A stretch of 64,000 bases of DNA from Antedon mediterranea (GCF_964355755.1 NC_092672.1:23325237-23389236), one strand, 5' to 3'; counted from the stretch's first letter, positions 12,869-26,086 are shown. Numbers and translations are program-made. Notes: generated from the letters alone by a model not told the origin.

Positions 12869-13510
12869 TTATAACCTAACTGGACCATGATACAGCAAAC
12901 CAAGTAACACAATACCAAAAGCTATATCAATGGCAGGAGTTGTTGTAACTTGCACAAACTTGTTATTGATGGTAGTAGTTCCTTGATTTACAGGCTCCTC
13001 TTCAACACGTCTACCATTCTGGTGCTCACTAACTATTGGTTTATGTGTAGCACATTGTTCATCTGAGCTCTTCTTTTGAGATATTTCATCCCCATCTTTC
13101 TTTTGTTCAATGTATACTATGCCTATTGTATTTTCCTCACTTCTACCACTATTACAGTTCAGGTTACCATTTTCATGAAATTGTATTCTAGAATTGTTAT
13201 TTACATTTTCTGGTTCTTCAATTTCATTGATGCTTTTATCGGTAAACTTATCTCTCTTGTCTTGATCTTCAACTTCTTTACTGGTAAACTTATCTCTCTT
13301 GTCTTGATCTTCAACTTCTTTACTGGTAAACTTATCTCTCTTGTCTTGATCTTCAACTTCTTTGGTGCCATTGCTTGAACTAATCACCAACAGGTTACGG
13401 TCATGAGGTTCATTATCCAATGATACTGCTGACAGTATACCTTCTGTTAATATGCTATTGTTTTGTTGCGATTGTTTATCATTGCATTCTTGCACATCAG
13501 AATCAGCAAA
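12869..13510 (-). CDS. MYO19: MYO19-like tail exon (3' boundary uncertain)
   Basis: CAG acceptor at 13511-13512 in phase with the IQ exon; low-complexity tail with a 14-aa repeat. Confidence 0.6.
   Translation of the reverse strand, partial: FADSDVQECNDKQSQQNNSILTEGILSAVSLDNEPHDRNLLVISSSNGTKEVEDQDKRDKFTSKEVEDQDKRDKFTSKEVEDQDKRDKFTDKSINEIEEPENVNNNSRIQFHENGNLNCNSGRSEENTIGIVYIEQKKDGDEISQKKSSDEQCATHKPIVSEHQNGRRVEEEPVNQGTTTINNKFVQVTTTPAIDIAFGIVLLGLLYHGPVRL
13240..13365 (-). repeat. 42-bp coding tandem repeat x3 (KEVEDQDKRDKFTS)
   Basis: Three near-identical in-frame copies in the tail exon. Confidence 0.9.
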
Positions 13511-13848
13511 CTGGTAAAAATAAATATTAAATTGTATCAAGAAAAATATTAGATTAAAAATCATAAACTGAATGTTTATGATGTGAATACGGAGAATATT
13601 TCATGAAAATTAACTGATTGACCATTTAATGAGGCGGAACCAAGCACAGGTAATCTCTCAGTAAATGAAATATACTCTATTCAACATTATTAGTTTCATA
13701 ACACAGTACATATGATGATGTGTTAATTTAACATTAAAGTAAGTACATGTAAATGAGGATGTGTTAGTGATGAAGGAACATACTTCACATTGTAAAGTTT
13801 GTTGGTGCAGCGAAGATTGAAAATTGCGAGTTTTAAGTAAAAGCCTAC

Positions 13849-14217
13849 CTCATCTGAATTCAATTCATTTAATTGTTCATCTAACTTGCGTTGGTGTAAA
13901 CGAATTGAATATCCAATCATAGCATACTGTATGACACGTGCTGCCTCATGTCGTCTCTTTACATCTTTTCTCACCTTCCAGCCTCTAAAACCTACAACAT
14001 ATCAATTCTAGTTAGTGACAATTAGTGGCTTGGTTTGGTAACAGCATGATGCCTGCAAGATATTTGTCAAAACACTATTACAATCAATACCTGCTTGAAT
14101 GATGACCACAGCTGCCTCTTGTTTACTTTTGGTTGCCAGGATCTTTCTCCACCACATCTGTATTACACCAGCACTTAAATTGAATTCCTTCAATCTTGCA
14201 ACTTCAAGTTTATCCAA
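13849..14217 (-). CDS. MYO19: MYO19-like IQ-motif exons (14091-14217 and 13849-13991)
   Basis: SAGVIQMWWR, AVVIIQAGFRGWKVR, AARVIQ; canonical splice sites with matching phases. Confidence 0.85.
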
Positions 14218-14917
14218 CTAAATGAAAAATAACGGAATATAATAAATATACAATGATGCAGATTCTTACTTACTTTTTTACAAGCTAAAAGTATTATAAT
14301 TTGGTGCTACAACTTTTTCATAATGTTATAAGATAGCAATTTTACTGATTTTCAATGACTTACACACATTTAACTGGGTAATAATTTTTAATAAAATGGT
14401 ATTTTTTAAATTGTGTCAAATTAATTGTTCTTTTCTTTTTATATTTATATACTTTTTTAAAAAGAAAAATGCCTCAATTTTACATAATTATTTAGTTAAT
14501 TTTGGTGAATTTCCTATCTTATTATTAAGTTATACGACAAAAATATTCCTGTAGCACTACTTTTAAAAATAAAGGTTTATTTCACAACACTCATTCAGCT
14601 CTACTCCACAGGTTTATATTATACAGATATTGCCTGCTTAGAGGTGAAATTCAACAATCAACATTCCTGAGGGAATGATATTTTTCTCGAAGAACTATAT
14701 ATTACATCTGTTATATTAAAATATGTAGCAGTGTAAGTAGACTTGGCTGGGTCGGCAAGCCTAGTTCACCTTACCTTGGCGAAAAATGACCGTATAAAGT
14801 AAAAATAATTGCTAATGATTCGTTTGCCATAAAATATTCACTTAAATTAATTAAAATTTAATTTATTCTACTGCAAATATAAAATAATTAAATTATTATT
14901 AAACTACTTTTAAGTAC

Positions 14918-15107
14918 CTGTTCCTCTCTTAGGAATATCTTTGTTTTTCCAAACAAAAAGCTTTTCATTTTATTTTCTTTGTCTGCTTCAGCTAAAACCA
15001 GATTCGTAATAACAGCACATTTACTTTTTGTATCCAAATCTTTTACATCTTCTGAGTTTGACCTTATTAATAATTCATACCTCTTAAGAAAATCACTGTA
15101 CAACATT
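14918..15107 (-). CDS. MYO19: MYO19-like converter exon
   Basis: YSDFLKRY...FGKTKIFLR; GT-AG boundaries. Confidence 0.9.
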
Positions 15108-15147
15108 CTATAAGAAAATTGTCATTATCATTCAGAATCAAGTATAA

Positions 15148-15925
15148 CAAACAACACACTGGCAAGTATGTTAGTAGGTGTTCAACATGTACAGTATGCA
15201 CAGGGATATATAGTATATATTATAAACAACACACTGGCAAGTATGTTAGTAGGTGTTCAACATGTACAGTATGCACAGGGATATATATAGTATATATTAT
15301 AAACAACACACTGGCAAGTATGTTAGTAGGTGTTTAACATGTACAGTATGCACAGGGATATATATAGTATATATTATAAACAACACACTGGCAAGTATGT
15401 TAGTAGGTGTTTAACATGTACAGTATGCACAGGGATATATATAGTATATATTATAAACAACACACTGGCAAGTATGTTAGTAGGTGTTCAACATGTACAG
15501 TATGCACAGGGATATATATAGTATATATTATAAACATCACACTGGCAAGTATGTTAGTAGGTGTTCAACATGTACAGTATACACAGGGATATATATAGTA
15601 TATATTATAAACAACACACTGGCAAGTATGTTAGTAGGTGTTTAACATGTACAGTATGCACAGGGATATATATAGTATATATTATAAACATCACACTGGC
15701 AAGTATGTTAGTAGGTGTTCAACATGTACAGTATACACAGGGATATATATAGTATATATTATAAACAACACACTGGCAAGTATGTTAGTAGGTGTTTAAC
15801 ATGTACAGTATGCACAGGGATATATATAGTATATATTATAAACAACACACTGGCAAGTATGTTAGTAGGTGTTTAACATGTACAGTATGCACAGGGATAT
15901 ATATAGTATATATTATAAACATCAC
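15148..15925. repeat. 77-bp intronic minisatellite, ~10 copies
   Basis: Unit AAACAACACACTGGCAAGTATGTTAGTAGGTGTTCAACATGTACAGTATGCACAGGGATATATATAGTATATATTAT. Confidence 0.95.
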
Positions 15926-16014
15926 AGGCACAGAATAAATTCTACATTGCCCGGTGATATACTGAAATTCAATTAATTAATTTGAAACGATGAAGATGAG
16001 GAAATCTGTGAGAA

Positions 16015-16205
16015 TGAGAAAAAGTGGCCTCCACCAAGATTCAAACCCGGAACCTTCTGCTTGATGTCCTAACCATTAGACAACTGGGGCTTTCATGGTA
16101 TTGTTCAAACTCGATTGGATCGTCGTGGTAAGGCGGTATAGCACTAGTCCCTCAGTTGTACGCACACACATCAGAGATCAAATTGATACGCCCTCATCTT
16201 TCAGT
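16015..16205 (-). mobile_element. Decayed tRNA-derived SINE-like sequence
   Basis: Minus strand has an A-box-like GTTGTCTAATGG and a B-box-like GGTTTGAATCTT; no intact cloverleaf. Confidence 0.45.
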
Positions 16206-16359
16206 ATATATATACATATATATATAAATCCAAAGGCAAATTACTGAACAAAATGACAATGCTGTGGGTATCAGTGGCTGGATCTCAATGGAGATACACA
16301 AATAAAAAGCGAAAAGCTAAATCAAAACGATAAAGTAAACAGCCTTCATCAGTGCAATA

Positions 16360-16361
<2 letters not shown>

Positions 16362-16422
<61 letters not shown>
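16362..16422. repeat. (TA)n microsatellite
   Basis: About 30 TA units. Confidence 0.95.
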
Positions 16423-16426
<4 letters not shown>

Positions 16427-16734
16427 TGTAAGTCCTAGAGCAAGCTGTTTAATTGGGATTGTAATAGTCAAAAATACAGTAAAATACAAATTACAACAAA
16501 TAAGAAGGTTGTAACATGTTTAGTGCAACCTATAAAACAATACAACACAACCATTTTAGTTTTTGCTTAATTATTCAATATCGAAAACAAACAGGTGTAA
16601 GCTGACCTGGTAGGGAAGCCTGTTGCACTGATCTCAATTGTTTCAAGTTAACTTAACTAAACAAGGATATCAACCAGTCATAGATGGGTACATTGTTAGT
16701 GCAAAAAGACACAAAACAACAGCTGTAAGCTGAC

Positions 16735-16913
16735 CTGGTAGGGAAGCCTGTTGCACTAATCTGAATTGTTTCAAGAACACCGCAAGCACGTAGTTGATTT
16801 ATAACATGAACGTTATCAAAGCTGTCTGGTTGACACTCAAGACTTGGTTTGATACAGCGGATGTAGTGAGGTGTTGTTTCATGTAAAGTAGCCATAAGAC
16901 TGTCCAATGAATT
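16735..16913 (-). CDS. MYO19: MYO19-like motor exon (SH1/SH2 region)
   Basis: [24 protein letters not shown]...[21 protein letters not shown]. Confidence 0.9.
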
Positions 16914-17654
16914 CTAAGATATAAGATACAATTGTTAGATTGTTACCCCGAAGATTACATGTAAAAACTATGGTATCAACCAAAATAAGTATAAGTAAAT
17001 ACAAAATGGAGGAAATATGTCTGATAATCAAAAAATAAAATATCTTGCATATATTATTAGTTACATTTTCAACAGAAGTAAAAAAAAAAATTGGGAAGAA
17101 ATAATTTGAGTGATCCTGCAGATGTTTATTTGATTTATTTCAGCGTCATAAAAAACAATTTACAGATAAATTACAATTAATATAATATACAGGAAACAAA
17201 ATATGAAACATCAACAATATACAAAAACAGGGATGCTGAGGATAACCCATAAAAGTCCTTGTTTCCCTGTTTTCTCCTTTTTTCAAGAAAAAGCAAAAAC
17301 AACAACAAAGCAAAAAAACCTATCTAAATTCTAAAGCAAGAGCTCAGTCTTGAAGCTATTTTTCCATACTAAATTCATCAAGAGTCTAAATTAAGTTTTG
17401 AATGAGTTTCAACTTTCAGGATTCTGTACCTTAAATTTTGATACCACTGTAGAAGTAGTCTTTTTGCCTTTTGTTTTACTTGGACTCTGAAAAAAATTCA
17501 TAAAATTAACATATTTTAGGTTAAACAGAACTATTGACATAATTGACAAGATGCAAAGACATTATAAATATCACACATTTATTCGGCATTGTTCTTTGTT
17601 TAAAAGTTTCATGATGTAACATTGATGAAGACAGAACTTAAAAAGCAATGGTAT

Positions 17655-18285
17655 AGTGTTAGTACGGTGTTACTACAGTGTTAGTATGGTGTTAGTATGG
17701 TGTTACTACAGTGTTAGTATGGTGTTACTACAGTGTTAGTATGGTGTTACTACATTGTTAGTATGGTGTTACTACATTGTTAGTATGGTGTTACTACATT
17801 GTTAGTATGGTGTTACTACATTGTTAGTATGGTGTTACTACATTGTTAGTATGGTGTTACTACATTGTTAGTATGGTGTTACTACATTGTTAGTATGGTG
17901 TTACTACATTGTTAGTATGGTGTTACTACATTGTTAGTATGGTGTTACTACAGTGTTAGTATGGTGTTACTACATTGTTAGTATGGTGTTACTACATTGT
18001 TAGTATGGTGTTACTACAGTGTTAGTATGGTGTTACTACATTGTTAGTATGGTGTTACTACATTGTTAGTATGGTGTTACTACATTGTTAGTATGGTGTT
18101 ACTACAGTGTTAGTATGGTGTTACTACATTGTTAGTATGGTGTTACTACATTGTTAGTATGGTGTTACTACATTGTTAGTATGGTGTTACTACATTGTTA
18201 GTATGGTGTTACTACAGTGTTAGTTTGATGTTACTATGGTGTTACTACATTGTTAGTATGGTGTTAGTATAGTGTTACTATGGAG
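17655..18285. repeat. 22-bp intronic minisatellite (GTTACTACATTGTTAGTATGGT), ~28 copies
   Basis: Highly homogeneous array built from two related 11-mers. Confidence 0.95.
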
Positions 18286-18574
18286 TTTAAAAACAAATGA
18301 TAAGATCAATCACCTGTAAACTGGTAACATTAGCATCAACTAATTGTTGCACAAACTTCTTGCTGCTAATTTTAAGCAAATCTACAAGTTCTGCTGGAAT
18401 ACCATCCTAAAAACATCAAATGATACACAATAGATTAATTAGTAAATGAACATTCACCTGTGTACACTGCACATCAAATCTAATGAGCAAATATAATGTA
18501 ATAGCAATAAGGTTTCCATTCAAAGTAAATATTATAGGGATACTCAGAAAAAAAGCCATTGTAATAGGGCAGGA

Positions 18575-21500
18575 GTTTCGTTTCGTTTCGTTTCGTTTAT
18601 TTATTTTTTCCACTCACTTATATATATATATATATCATTTACATTTACATAACATATATTAAATGTGGGTGGATGGAAGTCACAGTAAGTTCACTGAACT
18701 TTAAGTCGTGACTCCCGTATGCCTAAGTATACTAACATTGCTACAGAGTAGACTAAAATATGAATATATAATAGTGAAAGTACATAAAATAAAGAAAATA
18801 AAAAAATTTTAAATTATAGAAGTTAAGATAAACCAGGCAATTATATAATATATGAAAAAAAGGGATAATGATAACAATTAGAGTACAATATGAAATATAA
18901 TTAAATATGGTATAATAACAAGTATAACGATACAATGTAGCTGAGATTATTGTATACCAGGGTGAAGGATTTAATGCCATGTATCACCACCAAATAAATA
19001 AGGATAAAAGATCGGCGAAAAATTATGTAGCATATTCTGACACCATTTTGTGTTTGAAATTAGATTTAAAACTAGAAAAGGAAGATTTCTGTTTAAGTTC
19101 ATTTGAGAGTGAAGTCCAAAGTTTGGGACCAAAATAATACATAGAAAATCGTCGAGCCTTAACATTTAAATTATCAAGGATATAATTGTTAACAGAGGAT
19201 CGGGTTTTATAGGAATGGCGTTCGTCAATTCTTGTAAATAAAGCATTAAAATGTGAAGGCAGTAAATTGTTAGATAAACGGTACATAAATGAGGCAACTT
19301 GTAATTTATTTAAATCATAAATGTTTAAAACATTAAATCTTTTAAAAAGTAATTTTGTATGGGCTCTAAATGATTCTCCCGCGCAAATCCGAAGTGCACG
19401 TTTTTGTAGTTTAAAAAGGCGGTCAATTTGAGTTTTCTCTAGACTTGTCCAGGGGCATAACGTATTAAATTTATCTAGAGTAATTGCCCAACATAAATTG
19501 GCATAAGAAAGGTAAGGCAAAACTAAAGTATTATAAAGGGTTAATAAGGTTTTTTGAGGGAAGATATGTTTTAATTTGTTCAATATTCCAACATTTCTAG
19601 AAACTAGATTACTGATTTTATTTATATGTAGTTTCCAAGTCAGAGAGGCATCTATGGTTACTCCTAAAAATTGTGTTTCATTAACTCGTTTGATCATTTT
19701 ATTATCAATGTATATTTGTTCATTTAAAGAATTTGAAATTTTACGTTTAGAAAATATTATATAGTTCGTTTTGAATGTATTAAGAGTTAATTTATTGTGT
19801 TTGAGCCAATTTGAAACTTTAAGTAACTCATCATTGACAATTTTAAACAAGGTATTTAATTTAGGATGAGAGAAAAAAAAATTTGTGTCGTCAGCAAATA
19901 AGATAAAATTTAGTAATTTAGAGCTGTTTGGTATATCGTTAACAAAAATCAGGAATAAGAGTGGTCCAAGAATCGATCCTTAATAAAATTATTTAAGGAA
20001 GTAAACTGAACACGATTGGAAAGGTAGCTTTTAATTAGTTTTAAAGGAAGGCCTCTGATACCGTAATTTGAAAGTTTATGAATTAAAATATCGTGGTTAA
20101 TAGTATCGAAGGCCTTAGATAAATCAAGGAAAATGCCAACAGAAAACTCATTTTTACTCAGGGCAATTGTAATTTTGTCAAAAATATCTAATAAAGCAAG
20201 ATCTGTTGAATACTTTTTCCTGAAACCATATTGGCCTTTAAATAAAATGTTATGTTTAGTTAAAAAGGAAGAAATTCGATTATGCATTATTTTTTCAATT
20301 AATTTTGAGAAACAAGGAAGTAGGGAGATTGGTCTGTAGTTATTGAAATGATGAGGATCTTCTTTCTTGTAGATAGGGATGACTTTAGCTATTTTAAAAG
20401 AATCAGGAAAAATACCGGTTTGAAAAGAAGTATTAAAAATGTGAGTTAAGGGTTTGCATATAAAATTAGAAACACGTTTAATAATTTTATTGGAAAACCC
20501 ATCAAACCCAGGAGATTTATTATCTTTGAGGGAAAGTATTATACTGACAACTTCATGTTCGGTTACAGGACTAAGAAAGAGAGAGTGCACACATGGACGA
20601 GGTAGGGTAGAAGTATAATTATCATTATCCGACACATGTATTTTGTTAACTAAATTTGGCCCTATACTAGTAAAATAATTATTGAATTCAGTTGCAATTT
20701 GTTGAGGATTATTTAATTCAATGTCATTGTTAATAAAGTGAGAAGGAAACGGTTTACGAGATTTCTTGCCAAGGACTCCATTTATTGTTTGCCAGGTTTT
20801 TTGTATGTTATTTTTATGGAATTCAAATTTGTCACTGAAGTAATTCTTTTGGGCAGTACGAAGGATTTTGGTAAGTACATTTCGATATTTAACATATTTA
20901 TCTTTGTCCTTTTGCTTTTTAGATATAAGAAATGTTTTATATAATTTGTGTTTTTTGTCGATAGATTTAATTAAGCATTTAGTTATCCAAGGTTTTTTTT
21001 CTTTCCGAATATTTCGTCTGGAACGAGTGGTTTTAATGTTGTTATTATATAATGTACTAAATATGTCGTTGAATAAAGCGTATGCCTCATTGGGTTCATT
21101 GGAGTTATAAATACTAGTCCAGTCAACATTTGACAAATCATTACTTAAGGCAGAAATTGAAATATCATTGACTTTTTTTATGTATATATATTTTGATTTA
21201 GGTTTCAGGTGTTGGAGAGGTTCTGATTTATGTACTAACAAGAAAACAGGAAAGTGATCCGAGATGTCCGAATATAGAATTCCGGAAGAAATGTTATCGT
21301 ATAGATTATTACAAAAAATATTGTCGATTAAAGTTGCAGAATTACGCGCAATTCTAGTTGGCCTAGTAATAAGAGGATAATAATTTGATTGAAATAAAGT
21401 ATTAACAAAATCAGAAGTACCTTTATGTGTTTTGGAATTTAACAAGTTAATATTAAAGTCTCCTGAAATATATGCTGTTTTTTTCTCATTATTAATGGTG

Positions 21501-21830
21501 TCAATTAAATTAGAGATATCTTTATTAAATGTGTTAATGGATAATTCAGGCAAACGATATACTACTCCAAGGATTATGTTTTTGGGTTGTGCATCGATTT
21601 CAATGAAAAGAGATTCCGAACCATTAGTAATGATAAATGATAAATCAGGGCGAAGAATATATTTAAATCTCTGGTGTAGGTAAATGGCAACGCCTCCTCC
21701 TGGTCTTTCAGCTCGTGAAACATGCAAGAGGTTATAATTGGGAATATTATAAAAGGAAAAAGGCGTATTATGATTAAAAAAAGTTTCGGTGAAGCATAGT
21801 GTTGGTAAATTGATTGTTCGTTAACTTGAT
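18575..21830 (-). mobile_element. CR1/L2-clade LINE, 5'-truncated: ORF2 (AP endonuclease + reverse transcriptase) with one frameshifting deletion; intronic, same strand as MYO19
   Basis: ORF 19949-21727: GGGVAIY, GDFNINLL, SDHFP, NYRPISLLP, QYGFR, FLDLSKAFDTINH. It continues in another frame as GSILGPLLFLIFVND...LFADDT (~19885-19980) into ORF 19023-19850. 3' hairpin at 18675-18716 and (AAACG)n tail at 18575-18600. Confidence 0.95.
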
Positions 21831-22547
21831 GAAATTGTAATATTGGAGAGCATATGTGGTTAAATAGGTTGAAACACTCTTGTCGTTTTCTAAATTGAAT
21901 TGTGTTAGTGAACCAATTCTTATTTTGATATAAAAACAGAGAAATGTAATACTGTAAGATGAGCACGTACTCCAGACTGAAAAAAGATGGCAGCCGTAAA
22001 TGTGTTCAAAAACATTATTTAACATAACAAATAATAATCTAATATAATACATTCACATATTCTTGTCAAAGCACAGTGAAGATTTATAAATCGCAATGGA
22101 ATGAATAAATTCTAGGTAATCTAGCATTTTTGTATTTGAGGATCATATAGAATGCGTTCACGGTTATACGCTTAACACGCTGCATTGTGTATTGTTCTCA
22201 CGCAGATAGGCTCAACACAGGCATATAGCAGTGCGTACTGCGTAGGGCATATCTGATTGGTCGATTGAAAGTCGCTATTTTGTTGGTTCCCTCTCCATAG
22301 AGAATCACCTTTTGAACTGCGATAACAGAGCATAATAATAGATAGAGCATTACCTATAGCTACAAACAGCCATTCATACATTTTACTGTGGTATTTATTT
22401 TCAGTTATAAGATTATGAGAAATGAGTTTAAACGAAGCAGATGCACTATTCCATAATTGTAATGCTTTGAGAAACTATTTATGAACTTCTAACCCCCTTT
22501 TTTTGTGAATATACTGTAAAACTGGCTTTCAGTTGTAAGTATATTAC

Positions 22548-22724
22548 CTTATTCTTTTCAATTAGACCATCCACTTGGTACGTAACTTTCTCTGCATAGT
22601 GATGCACAACAAAAGCTGGTGATGTCACTGATATATGTGCACGAGATAAGCTTGCACTGCTGATGGTGTCATAAATAAACTAACAAAATGAACTTGGATC
22701 TGAATGTCTGTTTAACTTGCATAG
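22548..22724 (-). CDS. MYO19: MYO19-like motor exon with in-frame stop
   Basis: LCKLNRHSDPSSFC*FIY...PAFVVHHYAEKVTYQVDGLIEKNK; 177 nt, GT-AG. Confidence 0.85.
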
Positions 22725-23996
22725 CTATAAACAAGATAAACTTGCAATTAGAAAGTAAATGACATAATAACATGATTGTGATCCTTAGATGGACAGTCTC
22801 CACTAAGCACAACAACTTGTAGTTTACAACTGGTTGTGGTGTTACTGTACTTTTGAATCTAACTCACTGGGCATAAGGTCACTCACCATCACTGATGTGC
22901 AGCAGGTGAATATTGGGGTTAAGCTTGAGGTGCAAAAGTACATCAGCAGCAGGTTTTCTAGTGTAAACTAGGCTCAAAAGTTCATTATTTATCTTCTTAC
23001 AAACTACAGTTTATTTATTGATTTGGGCAATCAAGACAAACTATGGTTTTCAAGACAAACTATGCCTGTCGGGTAAAAACCACTTTTTTTCAAAATGTAA
23101 AATTCAAAATAGGAAGGAGTTATTATTTTACGACATACTGTACTACGATTGAGAAAGGCGAATTCTTAATACAGCACTGGGACAACTCATCTTTTTGTTG
23201 TCATACATGCAGCATGGTTTCATGGTACAGCAGTTTATCTTTCAATAAAAAGTACAAACTACAGAATACAGGTTGTCTTTTTCAACCATTATTTTTCGTC
23301 TTGCGAAAAACTATGACTTACAAACGTATTGTTTGTATTTTAATCGAAAGACAAACTACGACACCCCAATATTCAACATCAAAACATGTTTTATTGTCAG
23401 TGGAATAGCAACACTTACTTGATTCATGAGAGCAAATATACTGATGTTGCCTTCAATAACATCAAGACATGTTTTATTGTCAGTAAAGTCTTCAAATTGC
23501 CATGGAATTCCCTCAGATTGACAGTCATCCTAAAATAATATAAAGATGACTATTTAATCAGCAGTATGATTATCTTTATAAAGGTTCATCATTATCACTA
23601 TTAGATAAAAAAAAAAGTGAATGATAATTCTCATAAACTTTAATTATTATTGTTATCTTATTATCATTTTATATTGTATTATAATTATACTAGTATTTTG
23701 ATATTGAGTTTTTTAAGTTTTATTTATTTAACAACATATTTATACAGGATTATTTTCATTTATTTTTATTAATTAATAAAAGAACTGTATTTATTATCAC
23801 TCTTATATGGTGCTAATAAAACACTGTTGCGACAAACGGTATTTTATTTTATTTTGTTTCATACTCATCCAACAGCGAGTAACCCGCAAATTACAGGATG
23901 GATAAACTATTTAAAAATTTCACAAGACAAACATATACACAAGATGCTCTAAACTTTGGGAGTGGAGTTGTAAATTGTCATGAGAAAAAAACCCTG

Positions 23997-24067
23997 ACAT
24001 ATGACAGGACTTGAACCCAGGACCCTTAGATTGGTAGCCAAGCATCATAACCACCAAGCCACAGCCA
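23997..24067 (-). mobile_element. tRNA-derived SINE head
   Basis: Minus strand GGCTGTGGCTTGGTGG (A box)...GGTTCAAGTCC (B box); acceptor stem does not pair. Confidence 0.6.
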
Positions 24068-24107
24068 TAGCATACTCTATATATAGAAAATAAGTTTGTT
24101 GGAATAC

Positions 24108-24296
24108 CTGTTCTACTTTGAGGAAGTTGTGCACAAAATGTTGCTGAAGCTTCTCATTTGCATAATTTATGCATAATTGCTCCAAACTGTTAAATGAAAA
24201 ACTTTCAAATCCATAGACATCCAGTAGACCAATGTAAGACTGCCAACTCCTGGCCATGGTACAGCCATTGATGAATCCAACGAGCCAATCAAAACT
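24108..24296 (-). CDS. MYO19: MYO19-like switch II/relay exon
   Basis: FDWLVGFIN...[33 protein letters not shown]. Confidence 0.92.
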
Positions 24297-24820
24297 CTGA
24301 AACGTTAAACCATAATTTAGTCACAGTCTTCAAAGCTAGTTTTTTTTGGTAAAACCAAAGTGGGGTTGAAAAAGTTTGCATGTAAACATTTTCTCCTGTT
24401 ACATACTAACTACATGACAAAGAAAAAAATTAGGCAGAAAAAAGTCAGGCCATGACAGAAAGAGAGATTAGGCAGAAAGAAAGAAGTCAGGCCATGACAG
24501 CAATAGAGATTAGGCAAGAAAAAAAATAAATTAAATTGACTAAGTATTAGAGTTTGCATGTATGTATGTTTATTTTATTTTTGTGAATGTTTAAAGGTGT
24601 ATGTAGGATTTGCTGTGGGCAATCCACCTCAGTGCAACCCAGCATGCATATGGGGAAGCAAATAAAAGTTATTGGATTTGTACAACATCTTCTGTGGGTT
24701 TGTTTTGAATGTATAACAGGTCAGTAAAAAGGCAAATACTACACAACAAGAATCATTTTCAAAAGAGTAAATAGGTTTCTTTCACTACAAACAAATATAG
24801 CTTTAATGTTTGTAAAATAC

Positions 24821-25008
24821 CTGGCATAGAGTAACTTTGCAAGACAATCTCTCCTTGTATGCCATTCATCTTTTAAGCAAGGTTTCATATAAGACACTCT
24901 TTCTACGCTTGTGAGATGCAGTGATTTGTCGGAATGCAAGACATCTAGTTAAGGCACCAACATCAAGACCAAGTAACTGTGCAGCAGCATTAACAGATGT
25001 GTCAACTC
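24821..25008 (-). CDS. MYO19: MYO19-like motor exon with +1 frameshift
   Basis: AAAQLLGLDVGALTRCLAFRQITA in one frame, YMKPCLKDEWHTRRDCLAKLLYAR in the next. Confidence 0.85.
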
Positions 25009-25189
25009 CTGATGAAGCAACATCAATAGTACAACAATATGATATATTGAATAATTAGTAAATTAGAAAATCTCTCTTTCGCTGAAATATTTTGTCAACA
25101 TTTTTTGAAGATGGAGAAGAATATTAATAAGATTATTTAAGATTTTAAAATGATATAATTATTAACGATATTTTTTTAGATATTTTGTG

Positions 25190-25915
25190 ACCAACAATAT
25201 CGTATCATTGGGCATGTATGGAAGCAGTTTCAATGCTAGAGAAGAAATTGGCCTGTTGACGGTTGCTGCGTCAGGAGCGGGCACCACAGGTTGTTCCTGG
25301 TGCTGGGGTTGTGCTGGAGGTTGCGGTAGCTGTCGTTGTTGCTGTTGTCCTTCCATTTTAAGTTAAATTCGGTATAAGAAAGTCGAGGGACACCACTTTA
25401 GTATGGATGAATGACACTCTCAGTTCCATGCCTCTTTAGTAGGGTGTCACCACTTTAGAAGTATGTCGAGGGTCACCACTTTAGTAATTGTCGGCGCAAC
25501 GGTAAAATAAAACAACTACTAAATGTATACAGTAAACTATGCAATTTATTCCAAGTGAATCAAGTGAGGATTCTTAATAAATAGATAAAATATACAATAT
25601 ACAATATTTGATAAGACAATGCAATAAACGGTGTAGCTAAGATGCTGGTTGAGAAAAGAGTGTTAATAATGTGGTCAGTGCATGATAATATTGGGCTTGG
25701 CCCATCTCATCTGACCAATTAGGATTAAGAGAATTAATGTGGTTTTCTGTTAGAGTCATTAACATTCTTAAAATCCATTAGCTAGAAAAGTGAAGGTAAC
25801 AGGAAGGTAACCTGTCAATGTGAGGTTAAATAAAGAGATATATAGAGGATGTATAAATAATCAAATTAAAAGTAAATGTTGAAATGTTTAAAGGCTATGT
25901 GGTAGGTCTGCTACA
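25190..25915 (-). mobile_element. Gypsy-like LTR retrotransposon remnant: 5' LTR, PBS and gag N-terminus
   Basis: Minus strand starts TGTAG at 25915; PBS-like TGGTGACCCTCGAC at ~25465-25479; ORF 25162-25356 contains SSLALKLLPYMPND, resembling Gypsy gag LKLPPFWP.D. Confidence 0.7.
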
Positions 25916-26086
25916 CTACCATAATATTAAGGTATTCCTTATGTCCGTTTTTAGTTATTTCTCATATATTATATTATGGTAGAAATAAAAACAAATAAAA
26001 AAATACTTAAAAGATATATATACTGTTGATAGAATATTTTGAATCATAAGTAAACGCCAATTTATTATAAACATAATCTATTAAAA

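Noticed and set aside
15119-15752. Four overlapping ORFs on the + strand
   Set aside because: Artefacts of the 77-bp minisatellite.
15148-15925. Regular repeat arrays (also 26087-26726 and 54315-54998) as CRISPR arrays
   Set aside because: Head-to-tail units with no unique spacers, no cas genes, eukaryotic intronic context.
19576-21683. Plus-strand ORFs over the LINE
   Set aside because: Antisense shadows of ORF2.
22680-22682. Stop-codon readthrough or recoding in MYO19
   Set aside because: Accompanied by frameshifts and loss of conserved residues; decay is the simpler explanation.
23997-24067. tRNA gene
   Set aside because: A and B boxes present but the stems do not pair; treated as a SINE head.
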